DNA from: a virus
DNA: 13,632 bases
Virus record (IMG/VR): IMGVR_UViG_3300014039_000016
Coordinates: 136,829 to 150,460 of that record
Reading direction: 5' to 3' (one strand)
Shown: positions 6,841 to 12,592 of the stretch, in pieces
Numbering within the stretch: position 1 is the first letter of the stretch
Layout: each line of letters begins with the position of its first letter
Program-made: the position numbers and the translations under genes
The notes under the pieces: model-generated
What the model was told of the DNA's origin: nothing
What the model saw: the letters and a program-made list of their open reading frames with translations, nothing else
The model's database searches: none

Positions 6841-7196
6841 ACACCAAGCTCCTTTCCGCAGTACTCTTTAATGAAACTTTCATGTCCAAGATTACAAACA
6901 ATATTATCTAATTCATTAGTTTCCATATCCTTGTACTCATCTTTAATCTCATAAATGTTCCAATATAATTCCTCAGCTGAACCATCCCATTCTGGAAATT
7001 CTCCTGACTCTTCATTATAATCTGACTGAGACATCGCATATTCATCTTCAAGACCATAATTAGTAATAAGGTCATACGCCATTTCTTTACCCATAGCATT
7101 ACCTTCATCAAGAGAATTGATTTCAGTTACACACATGTCCTCAATTCCATGTAAACCCTGATACATTCCTTCAGTTGCGTAAATAAATACTTTCAT
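6837..7196 (-). CDS. Highly acidic protein, 119 aa, about 29 Asp/Glu against 6 Lys. Candidate DNA-mimic or anti-restriction protein.
   Basis: ORF with an AAGAGGT ribosome-binding site 7 nt upstream. It is the first gene after promoter 7229-7257. Its size and net charge of about -23 resemble Ocr/ArdA-type DNA mimics. This is a charge-based inference only. Confidence 0.6.
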   Translation of the reverse strand: MKVFIYATEGMYQGLHGIEDMCVTEINSLDEGNAMGKEMAYDLITNYGLEDEYAMSQSDYNEESGEFPEWDGSAEELYWNIYEIKDEYKDMETNELDNIVCNLGHESFIKEYCGKELGV

Positions 7197-7228
7197 AAAT
7201 CATACCTCTTTTCTTATTTTCTATATAT

Positions 7229-7257
7229 ATTATATCAAAAATTTTAAAAGAAATAAA
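7229..7257 (-). promoter_or_regulatory. sigma-A-type promoter, family B. -35 TTTATT, 17-nt spacer, -10 TGaTATAAT. Its -35 is formed by the U-tract of the upstream terminator.
   Basis: Minus strand reads TTTATTTCTTTTAAAATTTTTGATATAAT. Confidence 0.6.
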
Positions 7258-7280
7258 GCTGAGCTAAGTTACCCAGCTTT
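7255..7280 (-). terminator. Rho-independent terminator of the 7712-7279 operon
   Basis: 7-bp stem AAAGCTG/CAGCTTT with a 12-nt loop, followed on the minus strand by TTTATTTCTTTT. It overlaps the stop codon of CDS 7279-7500. Confidence 0.55.
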
Positions 7281-7500
7281 AATCATCAAAACCGTCATAG
7301 TAATCTTCATCATAGAATCCATCTTCATCATAATACCCATAAGCCATATAATCTTCATCATCATAGTCTTCGCGATAACATTCAGCTATCCACGGACAAT
7401 TTATACAGTTAGGACGGTCCGCGCAATTTTTACTCTGCTCTATATCTTCAGGTGGTCTCTTGGGATATTCACTAATCCTCTTTGCATCTATATCTTCCAT
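7279..7500 (-). CDS. Acidic protein, 73 aa, with a four-Cys motif and a D/E/Y low-complexity C-terminal tail
   Basis: The AGGAGGT ribosome-binding site is 6 nt upstream of the internal ATG (MEDIDAK...). The track's longer start would include that ribosome-binding site. The protein contains CADRPNCINCPWIAEC and the tail YREDYDDEDYMAYGYYDEDGFYDEDYYDGFDD. Confidence 0.55.
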   Translation of the reverse strand: MEDIDAKRISEYPKRPPEDIEQSKNCADRPNCINCPWIAECYREDYDDEDYMAYGYYDEDGFYDEDYYDGFDD

Positions 7501-7511
7501 AGTTATACCTC

Positions 7512-7712
7512 CTAACACATAATCATTGAATCAAGAATTGACTGCTCATGCATTTCCGCACATGATACAGAAGTTCCAACAGCTAAATCTTCAACATAGC
7601 AAACCTCGCCTAAGTGATTTACATACTGACCTGGTTCAAAAAACTTATCTGTAATTAAAGTATGTCTTGCTCCATTACCATTTACTAAAGTGTATTCAAA
7701 TACCATATGCAT
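7512..7712 (-). CDS. Small hypothetical protein, about 65-67 aa
   Basis: The track ORF runs up through the promoter. The real start is probably ATGCATATG (MHMVFEY...) downstream of the AGAGAGG ribosome-binding site. Confidence 0.45.
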   Translation of the reverse strand: MHMVFEYTLVNGNGARHTLITDKFFEPGQYVNHLGEVCYVEDLAVGTSVSCAEMHEQSILDSMIMC

Positions 7713-7740
7713 TACCTCTCTTTTCTTATTTTCTATATAT

Positions 7741-7769
7741 ATTATATCAAAAAATTTAAAAAATATCAA
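7741..7769 (-). promoter_or_regulatory. sigma-A-type promoter, family B. -35 TTGATA, 17-nt spacer, -10 TGaTATAAT.
   Basis: Minus strand reads TTGATATTTTTTAAATTTTTTGATATAAT. Confidence 0.65.
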
Positions 7770-8014
7770 TAGCGCACAGTAAGAATGTTAGTTGATACAT
7801 TATACGACCATGCAGCAACTAAAAACGCATTTTCATTTTCTACATACTGCGGCAATGTATATCTAATCTCCACGCCTTCTTTCTTAGCTGAGCCAAGCCC
7901 GCTCATTCTGTCTGTCTTAATTGGCACAAAACAGATGTGCATATCTGAAACCTGTACTGTTGACATGATATCTTCTACAAGAGAAGATAATATTGTTATT
8001 CTTTTTTCTATCAT
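7766..8014 (-). CDS. Hypothetical protein, 82 aa
   Basis: ORF. Its start codon directly abuts the stop of the upstream gene (TAATG). Confidence 0.5.
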   Translation of the reverse strand: MIEKRITILSSLVEDIMSTVQVSDMHICFVPIKTDRMSGLGSAKKEGVEIRYTLPQYVENENAFLVAAWSYNVSTNILTVRY

Positions 8015-8211
8015 TAATAATCATTCCTTTCATGTTTAGAATATTTTTCAAGCTTTCTGCGGCGATTGTCTACTCTTGCAGGTGCAGTTCCACGCTTAGG
8101 TAAGTACTTGCCGCAATGTTGACAAGCTTTTCTAAATGTTCCTTCTCTGCCTTTTGAGCATTGACCTTCACAAATATAATACTGACATATTATTTCTCTA
8201 TCTCTTGCCAT
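8015..8211 (-). CDS. Small basic zinc-ribbon protein, about 65 aa
   Basis: A GAGGT ribosome-binding site lies 7 nt upstream of the internal ATG (MARDREII...). It contains CQYYICEGQC...CQHCGK, then a Lys/Arg-rich tail. A nucleic-acid-binding role is possible. Confidence 0.5.
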
Positions 8212-8221
8212 TATAATTACC

Positions 8222-8680
8222 TCACTTTTCATATTTTTTTATTAAATCATTAGTTTCATCTTTGATAGGTGATAAAGGGTTATAGTCTTTATCCCACTTA
8301 ATCTCTAAATTAGTAATTATTCCTCTTAAACGATAACTATAAAATAAATAATCAAAATTCCAATATCCGCCATAAATTGCATCAGTATATAATACTTTAT
8401 ATCCTTGTACTTCATACTTCTCTAACAAGGTTAAAAATAAATCAAATTGTTTCTTATATTTTAAGTATTTTTTAGAGTTTTTATTTATCTCATATGAGAC
8501 ACCTCTATCAAATACTAATAAACGATTAATAAGGAGACTCTGCTCATTAATATCACAAGCTGAAAGAATTTCATTATCTATTTTTTTCTCCCATTTTTTC
8601 AGAAAATGCTTGTCTGCTCTTGTTAGAGTTACCTCACTATTTTCCTGAGATAATCTTTGTGCAGTATGTAGCGATATCAT
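8222..8680 (-). CDS. Hypothetical protein, 152 aa
   Basis: ORF with an AAGAGGTG ribosome-binding site. First gene after promoter 8714-8742. Confidence 0.6.
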   Translation of the reverse strand: MISLHTAQRLSQENSEVTLTRADKHFLKKWEKKIDNEILSACDINEQSLLINRLLVFDRGVSYEINKNSKKYLKYKKQFDLFLTLLEKYEVQGYKVLYTDAIYGGYWNFDYLFYSYRLRGIITNLEIKWDKDYNPLSPIKDETNDLIKKYEK

Positions 8681-8713
8681 ATTTATTCACCTCTTTCTCT
8701 TTTCTATATAAAT

Positions 8714-8742
8714 ATTATATCATATTTTTTTATAAAAATAAA
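8714..8742 (-). promoter_or_regulatory. sigma-A-type promoter, family A. -35 TTTATT from the terminator U-tract, 17-nt spacer, -10 TGaTATAAT.
   Basis: Minus strand reads TTTATTTTTATAAAAAAATATGATATAAT. Confidence 0.6.
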
Positions 8743-8763
8743 GGAGGCATAAAAGCCTCCTTT
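8740..8763 (-). terminator. Rho-independent terminator of the 10226-8773 operon
   Basis: 9-bp GC-rich stem AAAGGAGGC/GCCTCCTTT with a 6-nt loop, followed on the minus strand by TATTTTTAT. Confidence 0.65.
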
Positions 8764-8772
8764 CCGCACATT

Positions 8773-9150
8773 TTATTTAATGAATATTCTTAATATCTGT
8801 AGTATAATATTTAGTATACCCGCGATAATTAATAATAAATAAAAACAATTTATACTCTTGATTTCTTTTTTCTTGTCCTCTTTTTTCTCATAAACAAAAG
8901 ATAATATCAAAAAAATAACTGCTGCGAGTGCAAGACATAAAATTAAAATTGCTATAATCCAGAAAATAACTTTTAATACTAACAAGTGTCCTCCTTCCAC
9001 AGACTCTACTAAAGCTGAGAATCCTATAAAATATGTCCAAATCGCAAATAAAAAATCAAATATTCTTTCTCCTCGATTTTTTAAGATAACTGTTACTGCA
9101 ACACCTGCAATAAAAATTATAATACATGACAATTTTATCCAAAATTCCAT
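8773..9150 (-). CDS. Integral membrane protein, 125 aa, about four predicted TM helices
   Basis: ORF with an AAGGAGGT ribosome-binding site. Long hydrophobic stretches are separated by short charged loops. Confidence 0.6.
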   Translation of the reverse strand: MEFWIKLSCIIIFIAGVAVTVILKNRGERIFDFLFAIWTYFIGFSALVESVEGGHLLVLKVIFWIIAILILCLALAAVIFLILSFVYEKKEDKKKEIKSINCFYLLLIIAGILNIILQILRIFIK

Positions 9151-9163
9151 CTATTTTACCTCC

Positions 9164-9310
9164 TTAATCCATAAATGTAAAAAAACAATATAAAAACATG
9201 AAAATAAAAATTGTAACTAATAGAATTAAAGGTTTATTTATTATAACACAAAATACTATTATAGCAATAATAATTAGAGTTATAATTATTAATAATGTGC
9301 TATCGTCCAT
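9164..9310 (-). CDS. Small hydrophobic membrane peptide, 48 aa. Not in the ORF track.
   Basis: ATG preceded by an AAAGGAGT ribosome-binding site. Sequence is MDDSTLLIIITLIIIAIIVFCVIINKPLILLVTIFIFMFLYCFFTFMD. It packs tightly between its neighbours. Confidence 0.4.
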   Translation of the reverse strand: MDDSTLLIIITLIIIAIIVFCVIINKPLILLVTIFIFMFLYCFFTFMD

Positions 9311-9324
9311 AATCTATACTCCTT

Positions 9325-9498
9325 TTAATTTCCAACATAACCTAAACTAAAGCCCATTATAAACATTAATGAAGCTACTGCTAAACCAGTTGAGATTTTA
9401 TATACAATTTCATTTGTTGTTACACAACTTATGGTATAACAAATTAATAACATAATGATACTAATTATTATACCTATACCTAACGCCGCACTCTCCAT
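9325..9498 (-). CDS. Small hydrophobic membrane peptide, 57 aa. Not in the ORF track.
   Basis: ATG preceded by a GGGAGGT ribosome-binding site. Sequence is MESAALGIGIIISIIMLLICYTISCVTTNEIVYKISTGLAVASLMFIMGFSLGYVGN. Confidence 0.4.
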   Translation of the reverse strand: MESAALGIGIIISIIMLLICYTISCVTTNEIVYKISTGLAVASLMFIMGFSLGYVGN

Positions 9499-9521
9499 GT
9501 ATTTCTACAACCTCCCATAAA

Positions 9522-10226
9522 TTATAAATATTCATTCCAGCCTGAAAAGTCAAGAATAATAGGGTCGCCATTTTCTCTGAAACCAATATTACCATTATGT
9601 AAATCTTCAACTACATTAGGAAATTCACTTTCTAAGAAGTCAATAAGTTTATCAACCATAGCCTTTCCATATCTTTCAATAGCAGCAGCAACCCATGAAG
9701 AATCTGCAAAACAATAATATTTTGAATCTGAATTAACAAAATTTAATGTTTCATCTTCTGAGACAGGACAATATTCATAGAAGTCTAATACTCTTTCCTG
9801 TTTGATAACAGTACCAGACTCACATTCTCCCATAATCTCTGTTTTTGGGAAAAAGATATCTAAACCATTCTCTTTTGCAGCTTCATAAACCTCATATTCT
9901 GTTAAACAATAGTCCCAACCTCGGTCCTCAGAATTGTCTGCGCCTCTAAATCTTGTAAAATAATCGTGGTCTACTGATTCATCATAATCCCACTTACCAG
10001 AATAAGGAACTTTGAGAACAGAGCTGCAGCCGGAAACAACAGCAACAGCCTTAGTTGCACCACGATATGCGCCGCCTGCAATCTTAGCATCTTTTAAAGC
10101 TTCTGAAATTAAAATTGTATTTTCTTCATCATCTTCATCATCGTCCCAGCCAAATTTCTCAGGAACTTTCTTTACAATTTCATTAAACACTTTTGTTAAT
10201 TTATCTTCTAATAATAATGTTGCCAT
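9522..10226 (-). CDS. Hypothetical protein, 234 aa, with an acidic N-terminal region
   Basis: ORF with an AAGAGGT ribosome-binding site. First gene after promoter 10262-10290. Confidence 0.65.
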   Translation of the reverse strand: MATLLLEDKLTKVFNEIVKKVPEKFGWDDDEDDEENTILISEALKDAKIAGGAYRGATKAVAVVSGCSSVLKVPYSGKWDYDESVDHDYFTRFRGADNSEDRGWDYCLTEYEVYEAAKENGLDIFFPKTEIMGECESGTVIKQERVLDFYEYCPVSEDETLNFVNSDSKYYCFADSSWVAAAIERYGKAMVDKLIDFLESEFPNVVEDLHNGNIGFRENGDPIILDFSGWNEYL

Positions 10227-10261
10227 ATTTATATACCTCTTTTCCTTTTCTTTATATAAAT

Positions 10262-10290
10262 ATTATAACATAATTTTTTACAAAAATAAA
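10262..10290 (-). promoter_or_regulatory. sigma-A-type promoter, family A. -35 TTTATT, 17-nt spacer, -10 TGtTATAAT.
   Basis: Minus strand reads TTTATTTTTGTAAAAAATTATGTTATAAT. Confidence 0.6.
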
Positions 10291-10311
10291 GCGGAGTATA
10301 GGACCCCGCTT
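10289..10311 (-). terminator. Rho-independent terminator of the 11373-10310 operon
   Basis: 6-7-bp stem AAGCGG/CCGCTT followed on the minus strand by TTTATTTTTG. It overlaps the stop codon of CDS 10310-10828. Confidence 0.5.
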
Positions 10312-10828
10312 AGTCTATCTTAAATTGAAAATCTCCGCCACTTTCATCAAGGTAATCATCTATTGATACATTAGGGTTTATTCTCTCAAGGACTTTGTCT
10401 GTATGAGAGCGAGAAAGAGAAATAAGTGCTTTTTTATTAGCTTTTGTGCGGCAAGTGGTACAAATACAATCACCAAAAGTAGCTATAGCTGTTGGAGTAA
10501 ATTCATATACATAATTAAAATCTCTTCCGTTATGCATCTTATTCTTATGTTCATCATACCACTTTTTTATTGATTCTTTCTCTTTTTCATTTACCGTAAA
10601 AGACTGATTTAAGATTTTTCTTAATCTATCAATTTCACTTTTCAATTTAGCAAGCTCCGCGTCTTTATAATGTTCGCTCTTGAGAGACTTGTTTTCCGCA
10701 ATTAACTCATCATTTTCTTTTAAAAGTCTTTTCATATTCCATTCAAGCTGAAAAAGAGATTCATCTACTTCTTTTTCTGTGCTTATAATTTTAATAGGAT
10801 TATCTTCAATATAACATATTCCCGCCAT
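10310..10828 (-). CDS. Hypothetical coiled-coil protein, 172 aa, with a C-terminal CxC..C motif. Paralogue of the upstream gene.
   Basis: ORF. Its start overlaps the stop of the upstream gene (TAATG), with a GGAAGGAG ribosome-binding site. It has an N-terminal heptad-rich region and the motif FGDCICTTCRTKA. Confidence 0.6.
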   Translation of the reverse strand: MAGICYIEDNPIKIISTEKEVDESLFQLEWNMKRLLKENDELIAENKSLKSEHYKDAELAKLKSEIDRLRKILNQSFTVNEKEKESIKKWYDEHKNKMHNGRDFNYVYEFTPTAIATFGDCICTTCRTKANKKALISLSRSHTDKVLERINPNVSIDDYLDESGGDFQFKID

Positions 10829-11373
10829 TATTCTTCTCCTTCCCAGGGGTATTTAGTTACTCTATATGAAACACCCTTCTTCCGCATTAATTCTAAAAGC
10901 TCATCATAGTTTAAATCTCTATGATTATTATATAATATCTTTGCACATTTAGCACAATAGCAAGTAGCTTCAGTTCCATTAATACCTGGTTTAAATACGA
11001 AGAATCTGTCTTTTGGTTTTAGGGGCGATTCTTTACGCTCTTGTATGTGCGCTTCCTCTCTATGATGCTGCCACCATTCTGTTATTCCGTAATTCTCATA
11101 TGTTGAAATAGTGAAGCTATTATAGTAACGCTCCTTATATTCTGCTAATTCTGCTTGTGTTTGAAGAAGGTCTTCTTTCAATTTCTTTATCTCTTCATTC
11201 TTATAAAGTTCTTCATCTAAGTTATTTACATAATTGCGCATTTCTAAAACTCTATCTTTAAGAGTGTTAAGACTTTCTGCGGTGTTGTTAAATGCTTCAT
11301 CAATAGTAGGTTTCTGCTCTTTCGTAAATAAGTCCTTTACTTTTTTACATTTGTTTAAATCATATGTCTCCAT
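10829..11373 (-). CDS. Hypothetical coiled-coil protein, 181 aa, with a C-terminal CxC..C motif
   Basis: ORF with a TAGGAGGA ribosome-binding site 7 nt upstream. It has an N-terminal coiled coil and the motif TEATCYCAKCAKI. Confidence 0.6.
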
Positions 11374-11404
11374 AAAATATTCCTCCTATTGTTTTTCTAC
11401 ATAA

Positions 11405-11433
11405 ATTATATCATATTTTTTTATAAAAATCAA
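11405..11433 (-). promoter_or_regulatory. sigma-A-type promoter, family A. -35 TTGATT, 17-nt spacer, -10 TGaTATAAT.
   Basis: Minus strand reads TTGATTTTTATAAAAAAATATGATATAAT. A short GC hairpin (AGCGGCGAAGCGCT) lies just upstream. Confidence 0.7.
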
Positions 11434-11568
11434 GCGGCGAAGCGCTCTTTAAAGAAACTTGTAGGGACCTATCATGAATTTTATAGACCCAACAGCCGCA
11501 GCAAGAAAAATAAGGCTTAATTGGAGAAAACGAAGGATTTCTGTATTTCCGAACAAAAGCGATTATCT

Positions 11569-11595
11569 GCAAGTGAAAATGTAGAAATCCACTTG
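11569..11595. promoter_or_regulatory. Inverted-repeat operator candidate (CAAGTG, 14-nt spacer, CACTTG) overlapping the -35 of the rightward promoter
   Basis: Perfect 6-bp half-sites. The right half shares bases with the TTGAAA -35 element. Confidence 0.35.
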
Positions 11596-11621
11596 AAAAA
11601 AAAGAAAAAATTTGATATAAT
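11593..11621 (+). promoter_or_regulatory. Rightward sigma-A-type promoter. -35 TTGAAA, 17-nt spacer, -10 TGaTATAAT.
   Basis: Plus strand reads TTGAAAAAAAAGAAAAAATTTGATATAAT. It is divergent from the leftward promoter at 11405-11433. Confidence 0.7.
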
Positions 11622-11645
11622 ATTATTGTAAGGAGGAATTAAAGA

Positions 11646-11819
11646 ATGATTATTGTTTGTGATATAAATTGTAAGTATAGAAATTCCAATGGCTTTTGTA
11701 CAAAAGACATTGTTCATATAGATAATAAATGTATTTGTAATGAAATGTATAAACCAACAGAGAAGATTGAGCGGAAACCGCAGATTGGTGAAACTTTAAT
11801 CTTGACTGAAGAAACTTAA
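11646..11819 (+). CDS. Small Cys-rich protein, 57 aa. Not in the supplied ORF track.
   Basis: An AAGGAGG ribosome-binding site lies 9 nt upstream of the ATG. Sequence is MIIVCDINCKYRNSNGFCTKDIVHIDNKCICNEMYKPTEKIERKPQIGETLILTEET. It is the first gene after a strong promoter. Confidence 0.5.
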   Translation: MIIVCDINCKYRNSNGFCTKDIVHIDNKCICNEMYKPTEKIERKPQIGETLILTEET

Positions 11820-11833
11820 AGGAGGGTTTCCGC

Positions 11834-12037
11834 GTGACATTAGAAGAATTAGCAGAAGAATTGGGTGTGAAACCTAATTATTTAAGAAAAAGATTTCAAG
11901 ATGTTAAAAAGAATAGAGAAAAGATAGGTATAATTATTGAAAAAGTAGGAAGAGCGGCTTCCGCGGAATATGGTATAAAAACATGGTATGATAGTGAAAT
12001 TAGATATGAGCATCTTGACCCAGATGATTTTGAATAA
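11834..12037 (+). CDS. Small HTH DNA-binding protein, 67 aa, GTG start
   Basis: An AAGGAGGG ribosome-binding site lies 8 nt upstream of the GTG. It has a helix-turn-helix-like segment LEELAEELGVKPNYLRKRF. It is paralogous to the N-terminus of the 260-aa protein. Confidence 0.6.
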   Translation: MTLEELAEELGVKPNYLRKRFQDVKKNREKIGIIIEKVGRAASAEYGIKTWYDSEIRYEHLDPDDFE

Positions 12038-12051
12038 AAAGGAGAAAATAA

Positions 12052-12294
12052 ATGAGTAACAAAAGAACAGTAAAGGAGATATTAACTCCTAATGAATATA
12101 TGGCATATGAAGCAATTTTAAAGAAATTGGTTCAAGGAGAACAAACTTGTGTAAATGTTTCACAGTTTGCAGATGAAATACACCTTTCCCGCACAAGTAT
12201 TAGTAGTATGTTAAAGAAGTTAGATTTGATTGGTGTTTTTGAAGTTAAAAGTGCGGGAATGAGAGGAACTTATATCAAGTTTTTACCTAATTAA
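12052..12294 (+). CDS. Winged-HTH-type small regulator, 80 aa
   Basis: An AAAGGAGA ribosome-binding site lies 8 nt upstream. It has an HTH-like segment VSQFADEIHLSRTSISSMLKKLDLIGV. Confidence 0.6.
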   Translation: MSNKRTVKEILTPNEYMAYEAILKKLVQGEQTCVNVSQFADEIHLSRTSISSMLKKLDLIGVFEVKSAGMRGTYIKFLPN

Positions 12295-12307
12295 AGAAAA
12301 TATTACT

Positions 12308-12400
12308 TTGGATTTTCAAATGAGAATGAGAATGAGAGGATTAATAAGATTGGAGCGAAGCGGAAATCTTTTAATCCCGAATTCTCATTTGAAAATCCAA
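12308..12400. repeat. About 93-nt near-perfect hairpin. The outer inverted repeat is 20 bp and perfect. The inner inverted repeat is 14 bp with one mismatch. The loop is 13 nt. One arm carries a (TGAGAA)3 tandem bulge.
   Basis: TTGGATTTTCAAATGAGAAT at 12308-12327 is the exact reverse complement of 12381-12400. The inner pair is GGATTAATAAGATT against AATCTTTTAATCC. Confidence 0.6.
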
Positions 12401-12408
12401 GACTTAGA

Positions 12409-12440
12409 GATGCGAACTTGTTCGCATCGACTTTATATAA
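12409..12440 (+). terminator. Rho-independent terminator for the rightward HTH operon
   Basis: 8-bp stem GATGCGAA/TTCGCATC with a CTTG tetraloop, followed by GACTTTATATAA. Confidence 0.5.
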
Positions 12441-12504
12441 AGAGTATTGAGTTTTTAAATTATTTATATCTAGGAAGTTAAAAGTTCAATACTCTTTATA
12501 TAAA
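12432..12504. repeat. 19-bp perfect inverted repeat with a 35-nt spacer. Candidate operator or origin element.
   Basis: TTTATATAAAGAGTATTGA at 12432-12450 is the reverse complement of 12486-12504. Confidence 0.55.
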
Positions 12505-12592
12505 AAATGGAAAAAGTGTCACCAATTTTTAACTTTCAGAAGAATAATCATTTAAAATTGTGACATTTTTATATAAAGGAGAGTAACATATA

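Noticed and set aside
6760-7111. Track ORFs 6760-6954 (+) and 6908-7111 (-)
   Set aside because: They overlap CDS 6628-6840 and 6837-7196 in alternative frames. They have no ribosome-binding site. The acidic-protein frame carries the coupling signals.
7501-7518. Longer N-termini for CDS 7279-7518 and CDS 7512-7769 as given in the ORF track
   Set aside because: The extended reading frames run through the ribosome-binding site (7279 gene) or through the promoter -10 and -35 (7512 gene). Internal ATGs with correctly spaced Shine-Dalgarno sequences are the likely starts.
7785-8039. Track ORF 7785-8039 (+)
   Set aside because: It is antisense to CDS 7766-8014 and has no ribosome-binding site.
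10012-10323. Track ORF 10012-10323 (+)
   Set aside because: It is antisense to CDS 9522-10226. It reads through the promoter and terminator. It has a poly-Ser low-complexity translation.
11517-11717. Track ORF 11517-11717 (-) in the divergent intergenic region
   Set aside because: It overlaps the plus-strand promoter and ribosome-binding site and the 5' end of the 57-aa plus-strand ORF. Its translation contains FFFFFK, which comes from the poly-A run in the promoter spacer. It has no ribosome-binding site.
12328-12339. (TGAGAA)3 tandem repeat and other short direct repeats as a CRISPR-like or minisatellite array
   Set aside because: There are only three 6-nt units and they sit inside a hairpin arm. 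There is no repeat-spacer periodicity anywhere in the window. It was treated as slippage within the palindrome.
12558-12576. TTGTGA...TATATA as the promoter of the 260-aa gene
   Set aside because: The spacer between the candidate hexamers is only 6 nt. The true promoter of this gene is unresolved, and it may be transcribed by read-through or from a non-consensus site.
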